From Carcharhinus amblyrhynchos (taxonomy: Eukaryota): DNA of 64,000 nt. The stretch spans positions 8,122,001-8,186,000 of the forward strand of contig OZ336877.1 in NCBI GenBank assembly GCA_965287045.1, given 5' to 3'. The notes under the pieces are model-generated. The model was not told where the DNA came from, did not search any database, and was given only the letters and a program-made list of their open reading frames with translations. Both the position numbers and the translations under genes were made by a program. This document shows positions 1 to 12,559 of this stretch, piece after piece; position 1 is the first letter of the stretch, and every line of letters begins with the position of its first letter.

Positions 1-399
1 CTGAAGTAACATTTTACCTTAGATAAGAGAAGACTGAAAACATTACAGGAATTTGTAACCGTTATTGTAACATCTTTGACATGTCTTGTGACTGAGTGCA
101 CTTCCTCCATGTCTAACCAAGTATATCCCACATTGCAAATTGGATATCCTTAACACCAGCGTAGGAAACTGCAAGCATGCAGAACTGCTTGTAAAAATAA
201 CTCTGCTATAAAGGGCTTGTTTCATGGAGCTTGAGTTCTTTCTGCAATATTTTTGTTACATAATATTGAGCTAATTAAATATTGGGTAGACCAAAGTCAT
301 TGTCTTCAACAGCTCTCTCAAACTTCATTCCCAAGGTAGGGGTTCCCTCCCCCTTCCCTGACCATTGTCCTAGACTGAGCCAGACTGTTTGAAACTTCA

Positions 400-1035
400 A
401 TATCCTATTTAACCCGAGGCTGATCTTCTAATGTCATATCCTCTCCATCAACTAGTCCACTTACTTTCACCTCCATAATATTGCTCATCAGTTGCTAAAA
501 CCCTCATCCATGAATTTGTTAACTCCTGATTTGGCTGGTCCAGTGATCATCTGGCTGATTCTCATCATACACTTTCTGGATACTTTGGCTTCTTCAAAAT
601 TCTGCTGCCAATATCCCACTTCACACCAAGTTCTGTTCCCCGGCTCCTGTGTCTGTCGATTAACGTTGGCTTTCGGTCCAGCAATGGATGTGTTGAAATC
701 CCTGTATAGCCTCATATCCTCCAATGCTTTTAAGCTCCTCCAGCTTTTACCACACTCTGAGGTGCTCCACTGTGCATACCCAGTTTCCTTCACTCCACCA
801 CTGGCAGCCGTGCCCTCAGGGTTGGCCCCAAACTTTGGAATTACTTCCCTAAGTCTTGCTGCCACTCTCTCTTACTCAACAATGCCCTTCAAAACTTATC
901 TCTTTGAACAAGTATTTGGTCACCTATCCACTATCTCCTGTGGTTCAGTATTTAGTTTGATAACTTTCCTGTGAGTTGTCTTAGAAAATTTTATTATGTT
1001 AAGTGTTATATAAATCTAAGTTGGTGCTGCTGTTG
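400..1035 (+). mobile_element. L2-clade LINE 3' fragment, decayed
   Basis: aaaaccctcatccatgaatttgttaactcc (KTLIHEFVNS, resembling the L2 ETLIHAFVTS motif); 3' end ...ttaagtgttatataaatctaagttggtgctgctgttg resembles the end of the copy at ~51600. Confidence 0.65.
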
Positions 1036-1504
1036 CTCAGTGGAAAAGTGCCTGGTTTGCTGCAATTCTCTACCATCCATTCATGCACTATCAGCCCAGA
1101 ATTAATTTCACCCTCATAAAAATCTTTCAAGCCTGATGCAGCCAGTCAACCCTTGCTGCCTAAGCAGATTAATCCCCTTTCAGAGACTGATTGTACACAC
1201 TCTCATTTTCCTGCTTGCTTTTTCATGTTTGAGTAGAAGAACGTCACAAGGGATTTCGTTTTGCTTATAAATATGAAGATGAGATAAAAAAAACTTTCCA
1301 GATGAAAGAACCCACAGAAACAAATCTCAGGAGACAAACGAAAGATCTTTTGGGAACACGTGTAGATTTATAGCTCTTCTGCTCAAAGTTGATTTTAGAA
1401 AATGCAGTGAAACAAGAGCAAATATATATTGATTATAAACTATAAACAAAGAACACCTTGTTATCAACATTTAAACTTAAATCTAGATGTCAAATAGTAC
1501 TTAA

Positions 1505-1965
1505 CGTAAGGTTTACTGGACTAATATCTGGAAAGGGGCTGTTGTCTTAGGAGGAAAGATTAGACAGGGTAGGCTGTGCCTGCTGGACTTTAGAAAAGGA
1601 GACTTGACTGAAACATACGAGATCCTGAGGGGTCGTGGCAGGGTGAATGTGAAGATAATGTTTCATCTTGTGAAAGAACCTAGAACTAGGGGGTTACTGC
1701 TTAAAAATAAGGGATGCTCATTTAATACAGAGATGAGGAGATTATTTCTTTCAGGGGGTCATGAGTCTCTGGCACTCCCTTCTTCAAAAGGCAGTGGAAG
1801 CAGTCTGAATATTTTTAAGGCAGAGTTAGACAGATTTTTGATAAGCAAGGGGACGAAAGGTTATCAGGGGTAGGTAGGAACGTGGGGTTGAGATCATTCA
1901 TGGTCTTATTGACTGGTGGAGCAGGCTGGAGGGGCTGAATGGCCTACTCCTGCTTCTTATTCATA
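1505..1965 (+). mobile_element. CR1-clade LINE 3' end
   Basis: ORF 1604..1873 resembles the CR1 RT C-terminus (ETYEILRG...RTRG...FKAELDRFLISKG); tail gaatggcctactcctgcttcttattc. Confidence 0.8.
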
Positions 1966-2223
1966 AAGTAGAACCTCTCACTGCAGCTGGATAAACATGG
2001 AAAAACATTCCTGCTTCAGTTCTAGAACTTTTTCTTCTCAAGTTTTGTCTGAAAAGAAACCATCTTCGAATCATTATTATCAATCACAAGGTGTAGTAAT
2101 GGAGGGTTAGAGCAATGTGCCCCCAAATAAAACAAGCTCCAATCACAATGCAGAAAAATTGGACATAACATTCACACAAATTCCATAATCCTTATTGCTC
2201 TACACAAACTAACAACAACATAC

Positions 2224-2303
2224 CATGCCAGGAGCTGGAAGGCAATCCTTGTGAAACATGTGCCTGCAGTGAAAGACTACCACACTGAATGTTTTTGCAG
2301 TGT
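2224..2303 (-). CDS. VPS41: VPS41 exon (~28), 80 bp: (D)TAKTFSVVVFHCRHMFHKDCLPAPGM, RING-H2 core
   Basis: tag|AC ACT...ATG|gtatgt; phase 1 to 0. Confidence 0.95.
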
Positions 2304-2359
2304 CTAAAATGAGGAAACACAAAATACTAACTTAAAGAAATTATGGACACAGATACAAA

Positions 2360-2560
2360 GGAAAATATTGCAGATGCTGGAATTCTGAAATGAAAACAGA
2401 AAACGCTGGAAATGTTCAGCAAGTCAGGCAGTATCTGTGGAGGGGAACACAGCTAACGTCTCAGGTCCTGATGACAGATAATCAAGACTGATCATGAACT
2501 CTGTTCCCTTCCACAGATGCTGTCTGACTCGCTGAGTATTTCCAACATTTTCTGTTTTAT
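2360..2560. repeat. Palindromic (hairpin) PLE-derived short element with a decayed hammerhead core in the loop
   Basis: Arms aaaacagaaaacgctggaaatgttcagcaagtcaggcagtatctgtggagg and ccttccacagatgctgtctgactcgctgagtatttccaacattttctgtttt are reverse complements; the centre contains CTGATGA. Confidence 0.7.
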
Positions 2561-5500
2561 TATACATTCAAAGATCTTACTCTAAGTACAGTAAAGAAAT
2601 AACAATGCTACAAAGAAGGGTATGAAGAAAGTAGAGTAATAAGCTTATCTGAGATCTGAGGGTAGTTGGATATTAGAGAGTTATCTCAGATCCAGATAAA
2701 GGTCCTATGCTCAGGTTTACGAACCACGGCCAGTGGTGCAGCCAGTGGATTTTTGCGGGTAATGGCAGAAGACGAGAACCTGGGAGGATAACGGCTGCTT
2801 ACAGGTAGTAGCAGATCCTTTGGGAAAAGGATATGTGCTTCATCATGAGTGCTCAAAGGAAACAAAGGGAAACTACCTCTCATGTTATTTTCCCTAGTCA
2901 TGTTGCAGATTGAAATTGAAAATGGGAGGCACTTATGAATCAACTGAAGAGGGAAGAGCAAGACCATGAGGTGTGGAGAAATGAACTACCCTTAGGTAGA
3001 TAAGCATTATATGGGAAACTTGAAACTGAGATAGCAAATCTTACTGAATAATGGAACCCTGACTTGATGCCCCATGGAGTTGAAAAACAACTAGGTCAAA
3101 GTTTATTAAGCTACTCTCATTGTCCAGACATGATGAATACTACATGGTAACCCAGACCACACAAAGGAAATCTGTCAAAGTTGAATGGGATCTTAACAGA
3201 GAACAGAGATTTGACACTTTACTGACTTTTCTTTCTTGCAGGCCATCTGGGACTTCTGTTCACTTGGAAACTTGGGACATTTTCAGAGATTCACCAAAAA
3301 TACGATGAGAACACAAAGATAGGAGAAAGCATATGCAATGCTAATTTCTAAACAGAGGCAGCCAATAAAGATGCGTTTGATAAACATGGATGATACTAAG
3401 TCTTTGGGAGACAATCAAGGCAGAAAAATCTAATGATTTAGTTTGAGAAGATAAAAAAAGCAACAGGAATTGTACATTTATAATTTTAGCAAAGTTTTTT
3501 GTCTGTAAAGATGGCAACGGGGAAAAATATTTTGGAAATGATCCGAATGATGCTTAATTAGAGGACGCAGTGTTATTGTACTTGGAGGTGTTCCAAATTT
3601 AGGAAAGGGATTGGCAATCATTCCATTTCGAATTCTAAACTTCAATTGCTGAGAATCATTGGCCCAATAAAGGATCATTAAAGGGCTAAAGAAAACGAGG
3701 TCTGATACCAAATACCATTCGAGTCAGATAAGGCTATGATTGCAATCACCACCGAAACATGAGCAAGGTGCCAGACACAATTGAACAAATCATGTAGAAA
3801 CTCAGAAATTTTACACCATTGTTAATAATGGAGTGGGATCGTAACTGGAGCATTCTAGCCACCCATGCAAGCCTACTTCACCACTTGGTTGATTTGTGCC
3901 TCAACTCCTGAGCTGAAATTTCCTCCGAGATGACAACTGCAGACCAAGTGGTTTACCACCCACACTATTTTCAAGGTAGAGTAGTGCGGATAGGCTGGAA
4001 TCAGGGTTGCTGTCTTTTGAAACAGGTGCAAGGCAGGAAGACAAGTGGGCAGACACCAAGGTGGACAGGTTAGAAGGCCTGCCTCCATTCGCTAGGACAC
4101 TGGTCTAATTTTGTACCAATGATAGACACCCTAGCCCTCATGCCTTCACTCACATCTGCCATCTCCCATATCATCCCCTGCTCCTTCTATACTCTCCTGT
4201 TCCTAAATATCTTTGCATGCCTTTTCTTCACCCCCCCCACCCCGCCCCACTCTGATCCCCCCACTCTCCCAATCATCCAATATTCACTTTGGACAGAATT
4301 CATGAGCCCAATAGTATTGGAAAGTCTTTGATATGCTTATGAAACTTAAAATAAACAAACAGCCATTTAGAAAACGCTTAAAACTTAATCCTCTAGGAGT
4401 TTATAAAACTGTCAATCTAAACAAAATCTCAAAATTCCCCTGGACAATTGTATCAACAATCCCTGTTGAGCTGAATCGATTAGTGGTATTTGGAGCTCGG
4501 CCAAGCGTCCGTAATGAGATTCCACTGCATTATATCAACCAAACCTCTGGAGCTGAACACATTAAAGCTTTTGAAGTAGTTAACAGACCTGTTGCACAGT
4601 TTCAAAGTCAAAACAGATGGCTGACTTGTCAACCGATGAAAAGAAATCCAGTACAGGAAGCTACTGACATAGTTAAATTGATTTCTCAATACTGTTCAAT
4701 GCAGAAAAGCACTTTAAACTAATGTATCTGAGAACTATTCCACTATCACAACGCTGATAAATTTACCTTTCTAAACAAAGCATCTATCATCAATCACCAT
4801 ATTAAAATCACACAAATTATAAAACAGCATTATATTATGACATGTAAAGTTAGCCACAGCCTTTGAATTTACCTATTAGAAGGTTTCCAATTCCATAACA
4901 GGCCTTCTATGTGGTTCACAAACCCCTGAATTGAATGAACCACATCTCCCATGTTGGGGATCTTTCAGAAGCCAGTCCAATTCCATGAATATTGCAAATC
5001 ACCACCACTGCAAAGGGGCTGTTTGCATTAGAACTGCTGTTTGTGGATTTGTGACCTGCACCAGTACCTGGTATACTTCGATATACCACACAACAGGAAG
5101 GGGGGTGGAAATTTTGGAACTGGCTCTTGTCCACCACTTTTTCTCCCCACTGACAGTTTCCCATGTTGGGATAACAAACTTTGGCCCCGTATATCCTTCT
5201 TAGCTTTATATTCCTTTAAACCTTAACTTAGTAATTAGAATATCCTGTTTTGAAAGCTCCCACTGTTTGGAATCTACTATTTTTGGGGTGGAGAATTGCA
5301 AATTTCTATTCCCATCTGTTGTGAAAAAGAGCTTTCTGATTTCCTTTTTAAATTGTCAAGCTCTAATGTTCAATGACGACCCCTCATTCTTGACTTCTCC
5401 CACTAAAGGGAAGGGTTCCTTGATCTGCCGATCCATCTACACGATCCAATCCTTTCAAACGTTTTAAACACCTCAATCCTCAATATTTTCAGTAACGAAA

Positions 5501-6153
5501 GGGGTTTCATAAATAAGGCCCTGAACTGAAGTCATAAAATAGCTTCTGTTGTAATTCGAGTCCTGTCGACAGAATAGGGTGAACTTGGATGCCACAAAAC
5601 AGTAGGTAATGATACCAGACTTGCACGCCACTGATTGTGGGGTCAAATCTCATCATGGCAATTTGCACTGTTAATAATAGTGAGAAAGTGAAAATAAAAC
5701 AGTATTTCACTTAGGCGGTTTGAGGAGGAATTTGAGACAGAATAGTTCGCCCGCCATAAATAAAACAAGTATTCTTTCCTGAGCTACAGACATATACCAG
5801 ATTGAATATTTTAGATAAGCCAATACATGAATGAAAACTCCACTGACTCACAGGGGCTGTTCTCTTTACTCAAAAGAGGAAAGGAATCGGGTAAATAATC
5901 CTGCATGCGAAGTGAAAATAATAATTCAACACTGAACTTATGATTTTAACATCAAATGAAGAGAAGAAAAGAAAGCTAAAAGAAATACATCTGCAGAAAG
6001 GTACTTTGACTAAACTGAACTGCTGTATCATGCATCCTGCCACTGAATATAGGTAAAATTACAGAGTTTTACTTTATACCACATAAAGAACATGACAAAG
6101 TGTTTTGTATTTTTTCAGATTTACAAGCCTTTTTCTCCATTTATGTTACCCAC

Positions 6154-6198
6154 CTGCAGGCAATATGGGTGAATGACATGATTCACAAATATTCTCTT
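6154..6198 (-). CDS. VPS41: VPS41 exon (~27), 45 bp: (E)ENICESCHSPILPA(D), start of RING-H2
   Basis: cag|AA GAG AAT ATT TGT GAA TCA TGT...GCAG|gtgggt; phase 1 to 1. Confidence 0.94.
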
Positions 6199-6375
6199 CT
6201 GCAAGGAAACAGAGTGATTATTGTATATTCTGTTGACAAGACATCATTTCTATCAAAGAATTGTTATCTGACCCCAAGCCAAATCATTCACAGAATCACA
6301 TTACATAGCAGGAAGTAATTTGGCCCATTGTATCTGTGCTGGCTTTTAAAAAATGCTACTCCTCTGCTTAAGTAT

Positions 6376-6690
6376 TAGAATTATAGAATCCATACATGCA
6401 GAAGGAAGCTATTTGGCCCATCCAGCCTGAACCAACAATCCCACCCAGGCTGTATCCCTGTAACCCCACATATTTACCCTGTTAGTCCCCCTGACACGAA
6501 GGGGCAAGTTTGCATGGCCAATCAATCTAAACCGCACATTTGTGGAGTATGGAAAAGCCAGAGTACCCGAAGGAAACCCACACAGACATGGGGGGAACGT
6601 GCAAACTCCACACAGTGACCCAAGGCTGGAACTGAACCTGGGTCCCTGGCTGTGATTCAGCAGTGCTCACCACTATGCCACCATAGTGCC
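6376..6690 (-). mobile_element. HE1-like V-SINE, tail type A
   Basis: tRNA-like head, V core (rc of gtggagtttgcacgttcccccc...gggtttcc), CR1-like tail. Confidence 0.85.
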
Positions 6691-6829
6691 TGGGATAAAA
6701 ATCAGTCTGAAAGGTACAGAATTCTTAGAATACATTCAGGAGAACCTTTTGAGCCAGTACATAGCAAGAGAAGTCTCAGTTCTGGGCTTAGTTTTAGGGA
6801 TAGAGAGATTGAGATGGTTTTATAAAATT

Positions 6830-7330
6830 ATTTCATGATGCGTGGGTTTCACTGGATAGGCCACCACTTATTCCCTCACTGCCCTTCAGAAGGTGCTGTC
6901 AAAGGAGGCTTGGTGAGTTGCAGTAGTGCATCTTGTAAATGGTATATGCTACTGCCACTGCACATTGGTGGTAGAGGAAGTGACTATGTAAGGTGCTAGA
7001 TGAGGTACAGTCTGCAATGTCCTGGATGGTGTTGAGCTTGAGTGCTGCTGGTGCTGCACTCCAGACAAGTGGAGAGTATTGCATCACAGCCTGACTTGTG
7101 CCTGTGGATAGTGGACAGGCTTTGGAGAGTCAGGAGATGACTTACTTGTCATTGTTGGCCTATTTCAGTTTCAGATTAATGGTAACCCCGCCCCAAGGTT
7201 ATGAATTGTGGGGGATTCAGCAATGGTGGCGCCATTGAATGTCAAGGGTAGATAGTTGGATTACCTCTTGTTGGAGATGGTCATTGCCTGGCATTAGAGT
7301 GGCTTGCATGTAACTTGCCATTTATCATAC
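6830..7330 (-). mobile_element. LINE 3' fragment (CR1/L2-related); its tail resembles the tail of the SINE at ~60677
   Basis: ORF 6899..7087 (MQYSPLVWSAAP...LNTIQD) is RT C-terminal-like; related fragments at ~28680-28805, 42670-42722 and 47660-47845. Confidence 0.6.
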
Positions 7331-7339
7331 CAAAATGAT

Positions 7340-7660
7340 GAGGAAATATTTATTTTTGTTCACAGTAAGATCATTAACCAGGGAGCACAAATTTAAGATA
7401 ATCCATGGAAAGGTAGAGGGGAATTGAGGAATAGGTTTTCATCCAGAGGGTGGTGGGGTATGGAATTCACTACCTGAAAGATTCGTCAAGGCAGAAATTT
7501 ACACTTGCATTTGAACAATATTTGGAAATTCACCTGAGGTGCTTAAACCTAAAGGGCTTTAAAATAAAAAATAGAAGGTGGGAGAGGCTGGATAACTTTT
7601 TTTCAGCCAGCATAGACAATGGGCTGAATGGCCCCCAACAGTGCCACAAATATTTCTACG
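7340..7660 (+). mobile_element. CR1 LINE 3' fragment
   Basis: accagggagcacaaatttaag...cagagggtggtggggtatggaattcactacctga...gggctgaatggcc. Confidence 0.7.
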
Positions 7661-7689
7661 TTTCTCTGTCTCCATGGGACTGCAATGTT

Positions 7690-8600
7690 TTCCTTTTTAA
7701 ATACATACCCAATCCCTTTCTGAACGTTACTACTACATTGACTTTAACCACCCTACCAAGCAGTGCATTCCAGATTATCATAACCTTTTACATATAAAAA
7801 AAACCTCACTAGTTCTTTTGCCAATTATCTTAAATCTGCATTCTTTGGTTATCAACCCTTGTGCCCCTGGAGGCTGTTTCTCCTTTTCATTCCATTAAAA
7901 TATTTCATAGTTTGACCCTTGTTAAATGACTCCTTAACTTTAGTGCTCTAACAAACAATCTCATCTTCTCTAGCGTCTCCACATAACTGAACTCTCTGGT
8001 ACCATTTTAGCAAATCATTTTTACTACACCTTTTCCAAACCTTTGCATTGTTTATAAATTGTGGTACATAGAACTGTGCATTACTACAGTTGAGGGCTAA
8101 CCAATGGTTTCTAAAAGTTTAGAGTAACGACCTTGCTTCTGTATTCTTGATGTACTTATAAAGTCTTAGTAACTTGTCATATCATCTTCAAAGATTTAAA
8201 TATGTAGAGCCACAGGTCTCTAATTTTGCATTCTTTAAAATTATACAATTTCGCTTTTATTGTATCTCATTCTTCCAAAGTGCATCACTTAAAAGTATAT
8301 ATAAAATATAATCTGCCGTGTCTGCCCATTGCACCAATTTGTCTATGCCCTCCTTTAGTTTACTACTATTCTTCTTAATGATTGCAAGATCTGAGTTTAA
8401 TGATGTCTGCAAACTTTGGATTATGCCCTCTGTAACTGTCCAGATGATTAAAATACAGCAAAAATGTAGCAGTCTTAATACCGACACTTGGTAAACCCCA
8501 TGGTGTATTTATTGCCCTCTGTTTGAAGGGTGCCTTTCACCACTACTTTCTGCTTTATGTCCCTGTGCCACATTTATAGCTACACCATCACTCATTCTTT
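7690..8600 (-). mobile_element. CR1 LINE fragment, decayed
   Basis: ORF 8257..8487 (...GIDKLVQWADT...) is CR1 RT-like; the sequence resembles the reverse complement of a CR1 3' region. Confidence 0.65.
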
Positions 8601-8951
8601 AGTTTGACAGACAATGATTTAAAAACATTAAAACCAGGAGCGACCCCAAGGAAGTAGCAAGAAAAAGTCAAATTCCATCAGGTTTTTAAATTTAACTGTA
8701 TTGACCGTGATGTTTCATCATTAGAGTTAAATTTGTATTTTAACTTTGAACACAATTTATTGAAGGTTGAACAGTGTGATGAGTCAATAGTTATTCAGTG
8801 TGAAAATGTAATTCCCCACAGAATATTTCTAAGGATAAAGCAGAAATACTCAATAACATTGACTGTCAGCACAATTTTAATTACAGCTTCACTTGTACAC
8901 TAAAGGTGCAGCAAACTCTGTTGAATGGATAGACTCAAAATTTTATTTTAC

Positions 8952-9051
8952 CATCAACGCAAACTCCTCTCAGCTGCGTTTTATGCATTTTTTTCAGCAA
9001 TGTCAGACAATCAGAAACAATAATCTTTTTACATCCCTCCCTCAGCAAAAT
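8952..9051 (-). CDS. VPS41: VPS41 exon (~26), 100 bp: ILLREGCKKIIVSDCLTLLKKMHKTQLRGVCVD(E)
   Basis: cag|ATT...GATG|gtaaaa; phase 0 to 1. Confidence 0.95.
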
Positions 9052-9199
9052 CTGCAAGAGAAAAAAAAACAAGTACAGCTGTAACAATAAAAAATATTTT
9101 ATCTAAGACAATTTACTATTAAGATACCACCAAGGTGGGCGAGGAGGTAAAGAGAGAGGTTGTGTTCTACTCTTGTCATGGAACAAAACTGCTGTTGGA

Positions 9200-9600
9200 T
9201 AACAGTAAAGTAAGAACTTGCATTTATGTAGAACCTATGTCCCTTGGATATTCCAAAATACTTTGCAGCCAATTCATGAGGGACACAAAAAAGAATAGCC
9301 ACTAGTTTTTGAAAAACAAGGTTCATAAACAACAAATAAGTTGAATGATCGGTTTATTGGTTTTAGATGGTGTTGATCGAGGGAAGAACATGGGTCAGGA
9401 CAAAGAGACAATTCCCTGTTCTTCAGATAGTGCCATGGGAACAGGGGAGGGGGGTGGGGATTGAGATAATGGTTTAATCTAACATCTCAACTGAAAAAAG
9501 GCACCTTTGAGAATTACACTGAATTGTTACTCTACATTATGCAACATTCAGATTTGAACCAAATTGATTCAAAGGTAAATTGACACTATTCTGCACTAGT
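9200..9600 (-). mobile_element. SacSINE1/DeuSINE-like ancient SINE, decayed
   Basis: ggtcaggacaaagagacaattccctgttcttcagatagtgccatggga resembles the reverse complement of the recalled Deu domain; aacttgcatttatgtag resembles the L2-type tail. Confidence 0.55.
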
Positions 9601-10957
9601 TAATTGAAAACCAGGAACCATGTGACAGTCAGCTCAAAAGCTTCTAACTTATTAAAAACTTGCAAGAACCTGTCCTCACTTGGAGCTCATTCAGTTGAGA
9701 TTTGAACTCCACTATTGACTAGATAAACCCAAAAATTGAGAACATTAAAAATGGAGTCACTTACAAAAATACATGTGTTAAAACTTGCTGTACTGCCTCA
9801 CTCTTTACAAGCATTGGCATCTCTAATGAGATCAGATGACAACTCTTGTCCTAATGCACTAGTTTGGAGTGCCATGATATATATGAGGAGGCAGGGTGTG
9901 GGGACTGAAGGCTGACAGACTATTGCAGAATATTTGAGTGCGAGGCTGGGAGAGACACTTTTGTTCCTCGTGGTGCACAAGCAGGGCTGTAGAAAGCAAG
10001 AACCTCCTCAATCCATTCTGCCCTCAGCTGTTACATTTCCAGTGGTTTGGGAAACCCATGTAGGATAGCGTTAACTTAAACTCACTGTCAAACTATCATT
10101 AACAATGCCTCATATGTTATAATTTATGTGTCTACATATCCTCAAATGCTCCAAAAGCCTCGGTGGTTAAAATAAAAGGAGTTGAGTTTTGATTCCATTG
10201 ATCTCACTATTTAACTCTACTTGCCCCTCAGTGATACTCTTGAGCTTAAACACCGTCTGTCCTCAGCAGTTTGTTCTGGTTGTCCACAACATCTCATCAA
10301 GTTCAGCCAGTCAGTGGCTGTGGAGATCATGTGGACAATGGTAATGTCACTGGAAGCTCTAGATTCAAGTCAGGACTTGCTGTCCATGTAAAGAGCATTC
10401 AAGATGCAGTTTGACATTAAACCAGCTAGGAATCCTTCCACCACCTCCCCACTATTAACCAAAGGGAAAAAGTGTGAAGGTGCATAAAAAAAGGTCACTA
10501 AACTCCACACAGATTAAGAAGGTCCTAGGCTTGATTCCTGGTTTGCACTGAGGAACACAGGAGGGCAAAAAGTAAAAAAAAATCTAGCAAAATGACTCAT
10601 GGTATATTCAGTCCCAGCTGAATCGTGCCTGAGTGTGATGTTTATAGCTAGTGTCTGTTCTCCCTAAGACCTTCAATATATACTAGTGGATTGCCTACTG
10701 GGGTCAAATTGGACACTTTTTTGGATTATGGTTTTATATCAAATGATATTACCATGGGCATTGTGGATTGCTGAGAACGGGGCCAGGGAGTTGATATAAG
10801 TGAAAATCTAGTTTCCCACTTCTCAGTCCCCTCTCCACAGATCCCACTGCGTTTCTATCTCTCAGTCTTCTTTCGCCAAACTCCCGTGGAAATTCTACCC
10901 AATGCTTTCTTTGCTCTTTTTCTTCCAATTCCCCTTATGTCTCCCACTGAAACTGAC

Positions 10958-11094
10958 CTGCAAGTTATAATCTTGAAGGATCTTCACTAGCGAATCCCGC
11001 AGGTTAGGGATCTCCATGCCTTCCTTTATTCGGTAAATCAAGAGGATAGGATCAACATGTGTCCCAATATTGTTCAACAGTCCAGTTATGAACG
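10958..11094 (-). CDS. VPS41: VPS41 exon (~25), 137 bp: (P)FITGLLNNIGTHVDPILLIYRIKEGMEIPNLRDSLVKILQDYNLQ
   Basis: cag|CG TTC...CAG|gtcagt; phase 1 to 0; in ORF 10895..11149. Confidence 0.97.
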
Positions 11095-12559
11095 CTGTGG
11101 AGGTAGAATAGAAGCTATTGTTAGGAGGCAGTTTTATGTCCTGGGCCAATGCACAATATTCATGTGCTTCTCAATTCCAAATCAACGTCTTACCTAAGTG
11201 CTGAATTCCAACCTCTCAATCCCATTCTACCCTGTAGAATGTTAGTGCTCTTAAAATAATGAAATCTCTTAAAGACTAGTTTGGAAACCACAATTAGCAA
11301 CTGTTTGGAATAACACCATAATTCCCATTTTCCTCAAATGTAGCCAAAACAAGGAAGATCATCAACAATTAGCCAAACCTGAATCAGACACTAAGTTAAA
11401 CATATCTTGTAAAGTTTGATCCAGAAGCCTTTTCTGTCCATTGACACCCAGTTATAAGATAGATAGCAATATTGGGGTTGCCCCTATGTTCAATCACAGC
11501 CAATGCTAGGCATTTAGACTTCTACATAACTACATGTATTTTATCTGAATGGGTCATGGCATTAGAGTATTTACTCTGAGGGATTCTAATTATACCATCA
11601 TCAGTCTAAATTATATACACTTCAGGATACAATAAAATCCTGTGTTTTAAAAAGCTAGGGTAGGTACTTGTGATCCAAGTTATTTATTGATTACATCTGG
11701 ATTTATGAAAATCAGAGTGAATGAGAAGCTAATTCAGTAACTCAAGTCACATTGCATTTGATCATAATTTCATCTTGAGGGCAAATTACTTAACACGTGA
11801 CAAGTTTGATACTCAGACATAGAATGATTTTTGATATAAATGCTGCAGCCCATAAACAATTCCTGTGACTGTTGTAGCCTTGTAAGTACAAAGCCCAGCA
11901 GACTAAATAAGTGGCTTCCTCTGAGGAATGAACCATCTGAGAATGATAGAAGGACATGCCTCTTATTGCACTTTTTTTTAGTGAATCTTCTCAGGCAATC
12001 AATTAACTGGCGGTTTAGGTTTCACCAAAGACCTGGCGAATACTCTCTCAGAGGTGATGCTAAACGTCACTGTAATGAACTTCAAATCTAAAGCACAAGC
12101 ATTAGAGAGGTAAGTAAATTAAGACATTTAGGGAGAGATCCAGAGTTTAGTAATCCAGATCTCCCACCCAACCTACTCAACTGGAGAAGGCTGCTGGTCA
12201 CTCAGGGAAATAAACTAAAGGGGAAAGAAGCCAGAGGATAGGAATTCAACTTAAATATAAAATTTTCAGTTGTGGTGTGGCATTATTTTACATCACTCAC
12301 TGTAAGAAACCAGATATGCTCAGGATACAAAATACATCTTGAAAAACAGTGAAAACTGTACAAGCATGAGAATAAAGATAGATAGAAAGGTGATGCTTTT
12401 TCTCTCATAACATTTTGGTAACTCTTTCGAACTTTTAAGTTTACTAAGTTTGGGAAATTCAGTCTTGACTACACAGCATTTATTAGTGACTTGAGGCTGA
12501 TCCAGAATTGGCCTCAAAAGATCTCCATATAACTATGGACATAAGCCATAAGTAATTTC

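Noticed and set aside
488-974. Long ORFs on both strands (125 and 160 aa)
   Set aside because: They lie in a decayed L2 fragment and show no independent gene features.
1-2223. VPS41 terminal exon (expected ...FCNICSAK...stop)
   Set aside because: No matching minus-strand translation found; ccaatttgcaatgtg near 130-143 does not extend. The exon presumably lies left of the window.
4333-4722. 129-aa plus-strand ORF as a nested gene
   Set aside because: No recognisable domain or splice support; the length is compatible with chance.
4947-5170. 12-bp direct repeat tcccatgttggg as a target-site duplication
   Set aside because: There is no recognisable element or tail between the two copies, so the claim cannot be supported.
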